Positions 37,117 to 46,115 of a stretch of 64,000 nucleotides of DNA are shown here, one piece after another. How positions within the stretch are numbered: position 1 is the first letter of the stretch; each line of letters begins with the position of its first letter. This DNA comes from an uncultured virus (IMG/VR IMGVR_UViG_3300023227_000005) (taxonomy: Duplodnaviria; Heunggongvirae; Uroviricota; Caudoviricetes), in the IMG/VR virus record IMGVR_UViG_3300023227_000005. One strand, given 5' to 3'. Position numbers and translations under genes: made by a program. The notes beneath the pieces were generated by a model. That model was given only the letters and a program-made list of their open reading frames with translations. It ran no database searches and was not told where the DNA came from.

Positions 37117-39822
37117 TTAGATTCTCTTTTGTTCCCAATAGTTCCTCTTCTCTGCTATCTTGAGCATTTCCCGGTAAGCTAGATCAAAGTTAAAGGGTAT
37201 TCTTACCACCTTACCATCAAAACCTGCCGAACTCTCATTCTCATAAACCTTAGAGGTAGAAGAAGTCCTACTCTCATACATAAGGTCTCTAGTAAGACGA
37301 GACTCAAACTGAGTGTTAAGTCTGTCAGGCTCTCCTAGTGCATTTACAATCAACCACTGAGCCAATTGCTTGTGCGTAGTCTGCGGAGGAATCTCTGGTT
37401 TTGGTTTTGGTTGGTGAATTCTTGGTGCAGACTCCCAAGTTTTCTCTACTGGTTCAATCTCGAATGAATCGAATACCTTTGCAAGTATGTCTCCAGTCTG
37501 ATCCCACTGATAATGCTTCTTAAATCTGTCTAAAGTTATGTGCCCCAAAGCGATCCTGTCTTCTTTGTCGATATCGAAGAACCTACCGAAAACCATCGCG
37601 GTGTCTTCGTTATCTGGAACGGCCCTATAGCATCCTGTCTCTAGTTCTTTGTATAGAGCTTTGGGCTTCAAGGGCACTCCGGCTAGATTGCTAACAACAC
37701 TGCTCATAGCACTGTAGTCAACAGAAACAACGGGGATACCACAAGCAGCCGCCTCTACTTGTGGAAGGCCAAATCCCTCGCTGTTAGCATATTGAACATA
37801 TAAGTCAAAGCAATTCATCACTTCTGACAACTGTTCATAGCTAGCACCCTGCTTAACATTGCACATGGTGGCGTTGTATTTACCAGTGAAAGGCGATTCA
37901 CAGATAGCCCCCGCAAACAATGAAGCAAATGTCTTGTTGGTCTCTGGGCAAATGTAAGTAAAATAAACACTTGAAGAGACACAGTTCTGCTGTAGTAACT
38001 CTGGGATATCCCAACCTAGGTCTGGATAACTTGTGTGACAGTACAGCTTGTACTCATTAGGATTCTCTTGTTGCCCTAAGAACAGAGCCCACGCCTCAAA
38101 GAGATCTGGGTAAAGCTTGCGTCTTTGATTACGCATAACCGTGCCCACAATCTTTATATCCTTATCTAGCCCCAGGTTTTCTCTACAAACAGCTTGGTCC
38201 ATTGGCTTATACGCAGGATTAGCAGATGGAGGGGCTGTCCCAACATAGTTGATCTTCCCTCCAGACTGTTCCTTCATAACGTTGCCAGACCACTCAGAGT
38301 AAGACAGAACTGCGTCAGCACTCGCATAAGTACTAATCCACTGTCTAGCTTGTGGTGCTGAGTCTGCCGTTGGCATAATTACCCACTTGAACATCTTCCT
38401 AAAGGGAGATCGCTCTACAAACTCGCAATTATGAATACAAAAAGAAGATACATAGGTATTGTCTTCTTCTACTTCAAAGTTATGAACTTGTTCTCCATAG
38501 GATTGTTTAATAACCTCTTTAACAGTTAACCAAGCGTAGCCATTTTTAATTCTTGTCGCTTTAGCTATTTCTTTATTGAGGAGGTTGTCATAAATAGTCT
38601 TAAATCCCTCTAAGCTATTAGACCTAAAAGAGAATATGTATCTAAAATAATCTTTGTCGATTCCTTTGATATTATTTTTATTTAGATTGAAGGATGGCAA
38701 TATTCCAATCCTTAGGCACATCCTAAATACTTGGTGTGCTAATTGCTCACTCTTTGTGCAGTAAGAAGCTCTTTCCTTGTAATAACCTCCGTCACCCCTA
38801 AATAAGCCACACAAAAACGACCTTATACACTCGTTATTTGAGAAAAACACCTCATCAGAAAGCTTCTTGTCTCCAGCCAAAGAACCGCAAAACTTTAGAC
38901 AATCTTGTGATATTCTTTTGCCGTAACACCTTACTATTGCCGTATTCCCAAGTATCTTTATTTTAGCTTCTTTATCATAAAAAACCTTAACAAGAGAGAT
39001 AAAGTCATCAATATGACTAGACTCATTAGCATTAAAGGTTAACTGAATACCTTTGTATTTGTTGTCCTCTTTTAAGCCCTCGTACATTATGCAGCCTTCG
39101 GCCATATAGTAGCCTAAGAATCTACAAAAGTCATTCTTGTGATTTTTATCTCCCTCTTTGTCAATTGGGTAAACCAATATGTCGTTTTTCTCAATGCCTT
39201 GGGAGTCTACCCATTCTAAATTTTTAGGTGAAAACTTATGCACTGGTAGGCTTTTCTCTCCATTTCTTTTTAAGCAATAGACCGGATGATCGTCTGTTAG
39301 TTCTACATTAAATGGGCAATTTTGCACATTAATAGTGTGGAGATCTCCGAAATAACTCTTTTTAAATGTGTTTATTACTCTTCTATATCTTCCTTCGTGT
39401 GTTAAGACCAAGTCATCGACTTTTATGTCTTTGATCTTCTTGATGGAGTTTTTACATACGATATTAGTATTAGGAGTTAAGCACATCCAGAAGTCTCTGA
39501 TATCAAAGACAATGTCTGGCTTAAAGTCTAGGCAAACTTCTTCAAAGATGAACTCGCCAAATTGATTGAAGGGACTTGAGTCGTATGACTGCATCTCTTC
39601 TCTACTAGCTCTAGGTTGAAACTCCTTGTTTGGTTGTACTCCATAGTACCTCCAAGGCAAAGATAGCCCCCTAGGATCGTTTCTTTGACCATAGGCGGCT
39701 AATTCGGCTAGTTCGTATTTTCCTGTGGAGTTTAGATACTCCATGATTTCTCTAGTGTAGGTAGCATAACCAGTGTTTAGAAAGGTCGCCTCACTACAGA
39801 AGAGGATTCTTTTTTTTCTCAT
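37117..39822 (-). CDS. GT4 family glycosyltransferase containing a LAGLIDADG intein
   Basis: TGYATY, MRNQRRK, NSEGFGLPQVEAAACGIPVV. Confidence 0.9.
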   Translation of the reverse strand: MRKKRILFCSEATFLNTGYATYTREIMEYLNSTGKYELAELAAYGQRNDPRGLSLPWRYYGVQPNKEFQPRASREEMQSYDSSPFNQFGEFIFEEVCLDFKPDIVFDIRDFWMCLTPNTNIVCKNSIKKIKDIKVDDLVLTHEGRYRRVINTFKKSYFGDLHTINVQNCPFNVELTDDHPVYCLKRNGEKSLPVHKFSPKNLEWVDSQGIEKNDILVYPIDKEGDKNHKNDFCRFLGYYMAEGCIMYEGLKEDNKYKGIQLTFNANESSHIDDFISLVKVFYDKEAKIKILGNTAIVRCYGKRISQDCLKFCGSLAGDKKLSDEVFFSNNECIRSFLCGLFRGDGGYYKERASYCTKSEQLAHQVFRMCLRIGILPSFNLNKNNIKGIDKDYFRYIFSFRSNSLEGFKTIYDNLLNKEIAKATRIKNGYAWLTVKEVIKQSYGEQVHNFEVEEDNTYVSSFCIHNCEFVERSPFRKMFKWVIMPTADSAPQARQWISTYASADAVLSYSEWSGNVMKEQSGGKINYVGTAPPSANPAYKPMDQAVCRENLGLDKDIKIVGTVMRNQRRKLYPDLFEAWALFLGQQENPNEYKLYCHTSYPDLGWDIPELLQQNCVSSSVYFTYICPETNKTFASLFAGAICESPFTGKYNATMCNVKQGASYEQLSEVMNCFDLYVQYANSEGFGLPQVEAAACGIPVVSVDYSAMSSVVSNLAGVPLKPKALYKELETGCYRAVPDNEDTAMVFGRFFDIDKEDRIALGHITLDRFKKHYQWDQTGDILAKVFDSFEIEPVEKTWESAPRIHQPKPKPEIPPQTTHKQLAQWLIVNALGEPDRLNTQFESRLTRDLMYESRTSSTSKVYENESSAGFDGKVVRIPFNFDLAYREMLKIAEKRNYWEQKRI
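38428..39483 (-). mobile_element. Intein (352 aa) with LAGLIDADG endonuclease in glycosyltransferase
   Basis: Starts CLTPNT, block B LTDDHPV, FLGYYMAEG and FLCGLFRGDG, ends VHNFEVEEDNTY..IHN/C. Confidence 0.93.
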
Positions 39823-40562
39823 TGTTCTATTTTATTTCCTTTTTTGAAGTTATCAATAGCCCATAGGGGTTGTAGGTTTGTGTAATGCCATGCTATTTTT
39901 AGTTGATCTTCCATGCCATTAGAAGCAAAATCAAAGCTGCTTAATGGCCTTATATGATCTACATGCCATTCTCCATAATTTTCCCTAGTCATACCATCTT
40001 GGAATTTAGATTCTAAATAGTCCCAAAACTCTTCCGTTTTAAGCCCTATGTAGTCAAACGTTTTTAACTTCTTCTTTTGGCCCCTTAGTCCTCTTGTTAT
40101 ACTATTCCTCATATTCCTGTTCATTCTTTGTATTGGGTCGGCATTGCTTTTCCTACTCTGTGCTAAGCATTTTTCTGGATTGTTCTTTCTCCAGGTTCTA
40201 TTTCGCTCCCTCCTTGCTTCTGTGTTGTTTCTACAATACTCTTGTATCTTTTCTTGATTTTTGAGGTAGTATTCTCTTGCACTCCTTTTTCGCCTTTCTT
40301 CATACTTAGGATAACTTTCTTTCACCATTGCTTTATTACACTCTTTACAATAGCTAGGTTGACGTTTTCTATTACCTTGAGGATCTTTTTTATTTGTCTT
40401 GCACTTAGCACACAAAGTACTCACAGGTTTTCTAGGTCTTGGAGTATAGTACAAATCCCTAAGGCACCTTTTACATGTATTATTTTTGCCGCTTTTGTGA
40501 CGTTTGCTATTTCCAAAACGACTTTCATCAAGATATTCTTTGCATCTTCTACAGGTTTTCAT
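39819..40562 (-). CDS. Free-standing HNH/endonuclease VII-like homing endonuclease
   Basis: Two CxxC pairs, MTRENYGEWHVDHIRP...HYTNLQPLWAIDNFKKG; start at MKTC after GGAG RBS. Confidence 0.85.
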   Translation of the reverse strand: MKTCRRCKEYLDESRFGNSKRHKSGKNNTCKRCLRDLYYTPRPRKPVSTLCAKCKTNKKDPQGNRKRQPSYCKECNKAMVKESYPKYEERRKRSAREYYLKNQEKIQEYCRNNTEARRERNRTWRKNNPEKCLAQSRKSNADPIQRMNRNMRNSITRGLRGQKKKLKTFDYIGLKTEEFWDYLESKFQDGMTRENYGEWHVDHIRPLSSFDFASNGMEDQLKIAWHYTNLQPLWAIDNFKKGNKIEQ

Positions 40563-40578
40563 TTTTGCTCCCTTGTCT

Positions 40579-40607
40579 ATTATAGTCAGAAGGTTTGGAA
40601 AAGACAA
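40579..40607 (-). promoter_or_regulatory. sigma70-like promoter TTGTCT-17-TATAAT
   Basis: Intergenic, perfect -10, 17-nt spacer. Confidence 0.7.
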
Positions 40608-40608
40608 C

Positions 40609-42591
40609 CTAAATATCTGAAATTTTTTCAACGATCAGACTTCCGTCGCCCTTCTCTGAACTTCCGTAGATCATCACGTTGTTTCCTTCAAATAAGCTGT
40701 ACTTATTGTCTTCTCTCGCCTCTGGAAAGACCACAACGCTGTCAATTGAGCAGGTTTCGTCCTCAATGGTCAGGAAGGACATCTCTTTTCCCTTACTTGC
40801 CCCTTCTTTCTTAACCTTCGTGTTAAACACTCGGGTAATGTTTGCGGCGATTGTTAGCTTCTTGCCCTTTTTCCCGTCTGCTAGTTCCTTACAGGTTGTA
40901 TTGCCGCACATGTCTGTGGTTTCAATCTTAGACATAGAGACAGGGCAACCTAAGAACTTCACTTCCTGGTCAATGATCCACTCTGGATCGTCTTCTAGGT
41001 CGTAGGGTGGGTTCTGTAGCATCTTAATCTCGTTCAAGATAATCTGCTTTCTGGACTCTTTACTGGTCCCGCCGCCCTCTTTTTTTGTAGGTGCTAGATC
41101 TCTAAAGCAAGACTGCAAATCCTTCCATCTTCTCTTAGGGTAGTTTTCTATTACCCAGTTGGTCTCAGCCTTCGTCAAGATACGAAAGATCTCATAGTCA
41201 TATAAGACCTTGTTTCTCGTAACCTTGTCTTTGATTCCACGGAAGAACCCAATAGACCCAAGCGTCTTGAATACCGTAGAGTTCACCTTAGGAGAGAAGA
41301 ACAACAAGATCTCCATCCACGATGTGTTCTCAATCTTTTTATTTAGATGTACAAATAGATCTTCAACAGCAATGAAAGCCTTGTCCCCATTCTTTCCGGT
41401 CAAAGACTTAATGTCCTTAATGCCAAAGTAAATGGTGTCTCCAACGCAATTGAATTGACGTTTGAAGTTAGCAATACTAGGAGTTTTCAATTGAAGATCA
41501 AAAAGCTTAGCTTCTGACGCTAGTTCATAAACCTCTTGGTGAGCGTCCTGCTTGTCTTTTGCGTAACGAAAATAGGCTACAAAGAACTGTTTGATATAGT
41601 GTGCCTTGAAATAAGCACTCCAATATGAATCCAATCCATAGGCAACCGCGTGAGAATTACTGGTGGCTATTTTATTAGCATAAAAAAGATGGCTATCACT
41701 ATCAACCTCAATGTCCATAGTGGGCATTGTGCCCAAGCTTTTTATTCTAACTATTTTACTAGATTTCATGTCTACACAATCTTGAACAACTATCTCGTGA
41801 AAATATAACAGAATATCAGAAAGAGGTCTAATAACACCATCTTTGCACAAGAATTTATGCTCCATTGTGCATTTTATAGTTTTACCACACTCTAGCTCTA
41901 ACTCATAGACCTCTAGTGACCCGTGGTCATAAGTCTCTAAGACTTTTACGTATTGGTCAGACAATAAACAGGGAGATAGTACAAAATCTCCAGCTTTAAT
42001 TTCTGATAGCTGCTTTTCACCGTCTGGTGTTTGTACTACTGAATCCTTCGTAATAGACTTGTTAAAACTGTATCGAGCAGACTTCTCAATCCACCCGAAG
42101 ATTTCTTCTGCGTCTTTGGCTTCAACCGTCCCTACTTTCTCGCAACCAATGATAAAGTCTTCCTTGACCTTTGCCATCACGTCTGCTTTCTTTTTACCAA
42201 TGGCCTTTCTAAGAACATCAGCCTCTGACTCAGAGAAACCCGCAAGCTCTTTGGCTATAATCATAGCTTGTTCTTGATAGATCAAAACCCCGTAGGTTGG
42301 AGCTAAGAATGGCTCAAGAGAAGGATGTAGATACTCAACGGGTTCTAGTCCGTGCTTTCTGTCTACATAGTGCTGGGACATAGACTTGCCCTGATACATA
42401 GCTTTCAAAGAGCCAGGACGAAGAATAGAGATCAGAGCCGCAAGCTCTTCCATATTTTCTGGCTTGACTTTCTTGGACCACGATCTTCCAAGATTGCTTT
42501 CAAGTTGAAAAATACCCTTGGTTCTACCTTCCGCGAAAAGCTTCCAGACTTCTGGATCATTCATCGGAATATTATCAATGTCAACTGTCAT
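40609..42591 (-). CDS. dnaE: DNA polymerase III alpha, C-terminal piece (finger/HhH/OB) with mini-intein
   Basis: TKGIFQLES, ISILRPG, TYGVLIYQEQ, LRKAIGKK, YSFNK/SHAVAY, MSFLTIEDET..VVFP. Confidence 0.92.
   Translation of the reverse strand: MTVDIDNIPMNDPEVWKLFAEGRTKGIFQLESNLGRSWSKKVKPENMEELAALISILRPGSLKAMYQGKSMSQHYVDRKHGLEPVEYLHPSLEPFLAPTYGVLIYQEQAMIIAKELAGFSESEADVLRKAIGKKKADVMAKVKEDFIIGCEKVGTVEAKDAEEIFGWIEKSARYSFNKSITKDSVVQTPDGEKQLSEIKAGDFVLSPCLLSDQYVKVLETYDHGSLEVYELELECGKTIKCTMEHKFLCKDGVIRPLSDILLYFHEIVVQDCVDMKSSKIVRIKSLGTMPTMDIEVDSDSHLFYANKIATSNSHAVAYGLDSYWSAYFKAHYIKQFFVAYFRYAKDKQDAHQEVYELASEAKLFDLQLKTPSIANFKRQFNCVGDTIYFGIKDIKSLTGKNGDKAFIAVEDLFVHLNKKIENTSWMEILLFFSPKVNSTVFKTLGSIGFFRGIKDKVTRNKVLYDYEIFRILTKAETNWVIENYPKRRWKDLQSCFRDLAPTKKEGGGTSKESRKQIILNEIKMLQNPPYDLEDDPEWIIDQEVKFLGCPVSMSKIETTDMCGNTTCKELADGKKGKKLTIAANITRVFNTKVKKEGASKGKEMSFLTIEDETCSIDSVVVFPEAREDNKYSLFEGNNVMIYGSSEKGDGSLIVEKISDI
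41656..42057 (-). mobile_element. Mini-intein (134 aa), Ser1, ends TSN
   Basis: FNK/SITKDSVVQT, KCTMEHKF, MDIEVDSDSHLFYANKIATSN/SH. Confidence 0.9.
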
Positions 42592-42742
42592 ATTTTTCCC
42601 ACACAATCAAGCAGTAATCAATGTCCGTATTTGGGACATAGCCGTCATCCCACCAGTAGTCTAAGTTACAATCTGGACACTGGCCACCATTCCATGTTTT
42701 GTCCTCAAATTCACATTCACATCTTGGGCAAGTTATGTCCAT
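42581..42742 (-). CDS. Small zinc-ribbon protein (53 aa)
   Basis: Hand-read MDITCPRCECEF..QCPDCNL; AGGAG RBS. Confidence 0.6.
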   Translation of the reverse strand: MDITCPRCECEFEDKTWNGGQCPDCNLDYWWDDGYVPNTDIDYCLIVWEKYDS

Positions 42743-42751
42743 TCCAATCTC

Positions 42752-43447
42752 CTATTCTATGTATAGTCCACCATTAGCAAACGCCTTGTCAATCTTAGGG
42801 CTAAGTGTCTTATACATTGCCCTTCTAGTTTTAAGGAATTTAATAATGATGTTTGCCGTATCTTTTACGTCTTGAAGAGCGTCGTGAGCGTTCTCGCTTT
42901 CCATGCCCATTCGCTTTCTGACGTTGTCCATACTAATAGACTTGATGGTAGGGTCACTCTCGGTCCACAAGAACATGTCGTCCATCATGTCGTATTTCTT
43001 GATAGGATTAAAGAACTTGTTCTGGCCCTTCTTGTCATCCCAGCCTCCATATAACTTTGCCATTCTGTTAATAATTGGCATATCATAGTTGATAATGTTG
43101 TAGCCAGCAGGAATAGGAGCAAACCAAGTCGTACCCTTCCAGTTGTGCTTGTTTACGAAGGCTAAGAACTTAGTCCACACAGCCTTTGGCTTAGGTGCCT
43201 TGGCGATCTGTTCTCTAGTCTTTCCCGTGACCTTCAAAGCCTCTTCCTCAAGAGGTGCCAGCCCCGCCGCAATAGCCTTGTCGTCATCTGTTTCTGCCCA
43301 GATTTCACTGTTAAACTCGCCCCCCACTTTCTTCATTTCAAGAGTTCGTCCATGTAGGGCGATTGCAGCAAGCTGCGTTGGTTGACACGTATGTGGATCT
43401 CTGCCACCGGTTTCAAAGTCAAATACGATGAAGTCTCTATCTGCCAT
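42752..43447 (-). CDS. DEDDh 3'-5' exonuclease (Pol III epsilon-like)
   Basis: VFDFETGG, AGYNIINYD, AHDALQDV. Confidence 0.9.
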   Translation of the reverse strand: MADRDFIVFDFETGGRDPHTCQPTQLAAIALHGRTLEMKKVGGEFNSEIWAETDDDKAIAAGLAPLEEEALKVTGKTREQIAKAPKPKAVWTKFLAFVNKHNWKGTTWFAPIPAGYNIINYDMPIINRMAKLYGGWDDKKGQNKFFNPIKKYDMMDDMFLWTESDPTIKSISMDNVRKRMGMESENAHDALQDVKDTANIIIKFLKTRRAMYKTLSPKIDKAFANGGLYIE

Positions 43448-43595
43448 AATTGTTTATCTCCTTTTGTTTGTCCCATGTTTGGAGTATACTTAAAAATTTT
43501 CTACACTTTCTGTTCAATCTAAAGCCATTTGGGCTTTTATACATCAGATTGTACATCTTCCTCATTTCGTCCTGAGAATAAAACTCTATAATATC
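43437..43595 (-). pseudogene. 3' stump of a LAGLIDADG-like endonuclease gene
   Basis: Hand translation ..MRKMYNLMYKSPNGFRLNRKCRKF.., matches 50027 stump; contains AAGGAG RBS of the exonuclease. Confidence 0.55.
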
Positions 43596-43605
43596 TTAAA
43601 ACTGG

Positions 43606-44106
43606 TTAATAACAAGCTAATAAAGAATGGTTATCTGAAACAAATACGCAAAAATTATGCTTACCATCAACCATGCTAACTTTTTTAGACTCGTAATAGT
43701 CATACAAATAACCCTCGATTAAGCTATTGTCTGTAATTATGAACTTGGGAATCTCACCATAGTTGTCTAGCATAACCTTGTTGCAAAGTACCTTTAGAGC
43801 TTCCGTAAACACGCCGGGATCTCCATCTTGATCGTAAACAGTCATGTTTGCATTTCCAGCGTAAAATAACAAATTCTCTATATCTTTGTTCACTTTCGGA
43901 GAATTTCTCTCCCAATCTAGTTTGCTGCTCATGTGTTCTTCTCCTAGGGGTGTCTCGAAGAGGTCTACGTTCTCTTCTCTGAATTGTTTTAGTTTCTCTT
44001 TCTGTGCCGCCGCTTCTGGGTGATTTGGATGATCCCTGACAGCCTGCACTTCTTGTCTGTAGATCTGTCTCACAAACTCGTCTTTGTTACTGCTATTGAT
44101 TTCCAT
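43606..44106 (-). CDS. Hypothetical protein
   Basis: 166-aa ORF in operon. Confidence 0.6.
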   Translation of the reverse strand: MEINSSNKDEFVRQIYRQEVQAVRDHPNHPEAAAQKEKLKQFREENVDLFETPLGEEHMSSKLDWERNSPKVNKDIENLLFYAGNANMTVYDQDGDPGVFTEALKVLCNKVMLDNYGEIPKFIITDNSLIEGYLYDYYESKKVSMVDGKHNFCVFVSDNHSLLACY

Positions 44107-44305
44107 CTAGTTTCTCCAATTTTGCGTATCCAAATATCGCCCTATGTAATAGCTCAAGCGGCCATCCCCACCAGGGCACGTAAAACTCACAAGTAGAAAT
44201 CTCTCTGCATGGGTTCTTACCAGCGATTGGCTGACCTTCTCTTGTCCTAAGCCACCATCTGCATAGCCACCTTGGTCTAGAGTTTCCTAGTCTGCATTCG
44301 TTCAT
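44093..44305 (-). CDS. Hypothetical protein
   Basis: 70-aa ORF with GGAGG RBS. Confidence 0.55.
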   Translation of the reverse strand: MNECRLGNSRPRWLCRWWLRTREGQPIAGKNPCREISTCEFYVPWWGWPLELLHRAIFGYAKLEKLDGNQ

Positions 44306-44391
44306 CTTTGTCCTCCGATTTTCTTTCCGTCTTTGTCAATGACCACAACTTTGTCGCCTTCTTTGACTATCTTGGTTTCGTCTTGGCTCAT
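44302..44391 (-). CDS. Small hypothetical protein (29 aa)
   Basis: Hand-read MSQDETKIVKEGDKVVVIDKDGKKIGGQR*; GAGG RBS; ATGA overlap. Confidence 0.45.
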   Translation of the reverse strand: MSQDETKIVKEGDKVVVIDKDGKKIGGQR

Positions 44392-44393
44392 GT

Positions 44394-44633
44394 CTACCTC
44401 GTTTGTAAATATGGGTCGGTCTCTTTACACAGATCAAGAACACGTTCTTCCCAGCCCTTATAGTATCTACGGTTGGGTGTGCTATTCTCCATGATTTGTT
44501 TGATATCTTTCAAGGTAGAGTTTTGGAACTCGACCATAAGTCTGGCGATCTCTTCTGTGTCGTCTGACCACCCCTCCCCAAGCTCTTCGTCTTTCTTTCT
44601 TATTAGCTCAAGAGCTTGTTTCTTTGCATTCAT
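44394..44633 (-). CDS. Hypothetical protein
   Basis: ORF from MNAKK with GGAG RBS. Confidence 0.55.
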   Translation of the reverse strand: MNAKKQALELIRKKDEELGEGWSDDTEEIARLMVEFQNSTLKDIKQIMENSTPNRRYYKGWEERVLDLCKETDPYLQTR

Positions 44634-45486
44634 CTTTTTTTTCTCCAATTAGTTCTTGGATTTCCATAAGCTTATCAAGCAACATGAGACCCAAGATATC
44701 AAATTTAACGTGACCCAGTGCTTCTAGGTCGTTCATTTCTAGTCCTGCAATCATTTCGCCATTCTTTTCTGGCAACATAGGACAAACCTTGTCAAGAGGC
44801 TCCCTAGAGATAACCACACCAGCGGCGTGTTTACCTTGACTCTTGAATGTGCCCTCAAGTCTAATAGCCTGATCGAAGTATGGAGCATAGTCACCTTTTA
44901 AGTTTCCCTCTTCATCTAAGTGGCACCACTGACGCAAGCTTTCTGGGTCATTGATGAGGGTCCATCTGATAATAGAACGATCCTCTTCATCCATCAATTC
45001 AAGTTGGTCAGAGATAGCCGCTTCATCAGGGATTGGCTTAGTCATAGCGTTCATTTCATTGAAACCACAAGCTTTGTTCATACGCAAGACTTCCTTGAGA
45101 GAACTTCTACCTTGAAGTCGCCCATAGGTAATCATCTGGCTAACGTTCTCTGCTCCATACCTATACTTGAGATAGGCAATCACTTCATCACGCTTATCTC
45201 CTGGAACGTCGATATCAATATCGGGCAGGGATACGTGTCCACGACCATAATCTAAAGACTTATTAAAGTCAGGTCTATCGGCCTTGTCGTAAATCCACAA
45301 TACATAGCTATTATTTAGGTTTCCTTGACTATAAAATTCTCTATTTGAAATTAAAAATCTGTAGTATTCTACACATTGATCTATAGTAGAAATCAAATCA
45401 AGTTCATTTTGAAGATGAGGATTACGACGCACCTCCACAAGCTTGTCTTTGTTATGATTTATTCCAAAGTCTGTAATTTTTGCCAT
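44608..45486 (-). CDS. dnaE: DNA polymerase III alpha, catalytic palm/thumb piece
   Basis: HVSLPDIDIDVP, GKHAAGVVIS, KFDILGL; preceded by an atypical ~83-aa N-terminal segment. Confidence 0.92.
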   Translation of the reverse strand: MAKITDFGINHNKDKLVEVRRNPHLQNELDLISTIDQCVEYYRFLISNREFYSQGNLNNSYVLWIYDKADRPDFNKSLDYGRGHVSLPDIDIDVPGDKRDEVIAYLKYRYGAENVSQMITYGRLQGRSSLKEVLRMNKACGFNEMNAMTKPIPDEAAISDQLELMDEEDRSIIRWTLINDPESLRQWCHLDEEGNLKGDYAPYFDQAIRLEGTFKSQGKHAAGVVISREPLDKVCPMLPEKNGEMIAGLEMNDLEALGHVKFDILGLMLLDKLMEIQELIGEKKDECKETSS

Positions 45487-45693
45487 TTTGATTCCAATCT
45501 TATTTTTCCTGATAAATAATCTCTAACTTCTAGTATTTGAGGTAGAGATCCATATCTTAGTTCGTAAAGCTCTTGATTTTTCTTTTTGTTAAGGTTTCCC
45601 TCGTAAGGAAGCTCAAACCTTATTATTTCAATATTCTTTCTTAAATAAGAACAAACTCCAAAACATTGTCTAGGGTAAAACTTCTTATATTTT
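45459..45693 (-). pseudogene. 3' fragment of a LAGLIDADG-like endonuclease between dnaE pieces
   Basis: ..KKNQELYELRYGSLPQILEVRDYLSGKIRLESKWQKL; no good start; AT-rich. Confidence 0.5.
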
Positions 45694-45969
45694 TTATTCC
45701 ATTGTTTCCCTATGCATAAAATCTTCAAAAGTAAATTCCTGAAAAGATACATTATCAGGAGTGTTTCTCCCCGAATTATAGAATCTCTGAAACAGTAAGT
45801 CATACTCAATAGGGTCAATCTTTGTGATTCTAATAAGGTAAGAAATCAAACAACCAGCAGCAGAGTTATGCACAGCTAACCCTTCTACGTTGTAAGTGTG
45901 GGAGTTCTCGACGGTTAGATCGTTAACAAGTCCAGAGTATTTAATTTTTCTTTTCTTTTTTATTTGCAT
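45694..45969 (-). CDS. dnaE: Split intein C-half (35 aa) + DnaE extein piece
   Basis: MQIKKKRKIKYSGLVNDLTVENSHTYNVEGLAVHN/SAAGCLISYLIRITKIDPIEYDLLFQRFYN. Confidence 0.92.
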   Translation of the reverse strand: MQIKKKRKIKYSGLVNDLTVENSHTYNVEGLAVHNSAAGCLISYLIRITKIDPIEYDLLFQRFYNSGRNTPDNVSFQEFTFEDFMHRETME

Positions 45970-45980
45970 GGTGCCACTTT

Positions 45981-46115
45981 CTAGCTTTGAGGTAATTTGT
46001 CTTTAACTTCTACGATTGTTTTCTCATTTATAATAAAGTCTGGAAAATACATCCTAAAGACACCATTTTCGTCTTCATATTCAATTGGGTTGTTATAATA
46101 GAACCCCGACCTAGA
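45981..46115 (-). pseudogene. Remnant PD-(D/E)XK (TnsA-like) endonuclease between split-intein halves
   Basis: Hand translation IEYEDENGVFRMYFPDFIINEKTIVEVK, no start codon. Confidence 0.7.
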
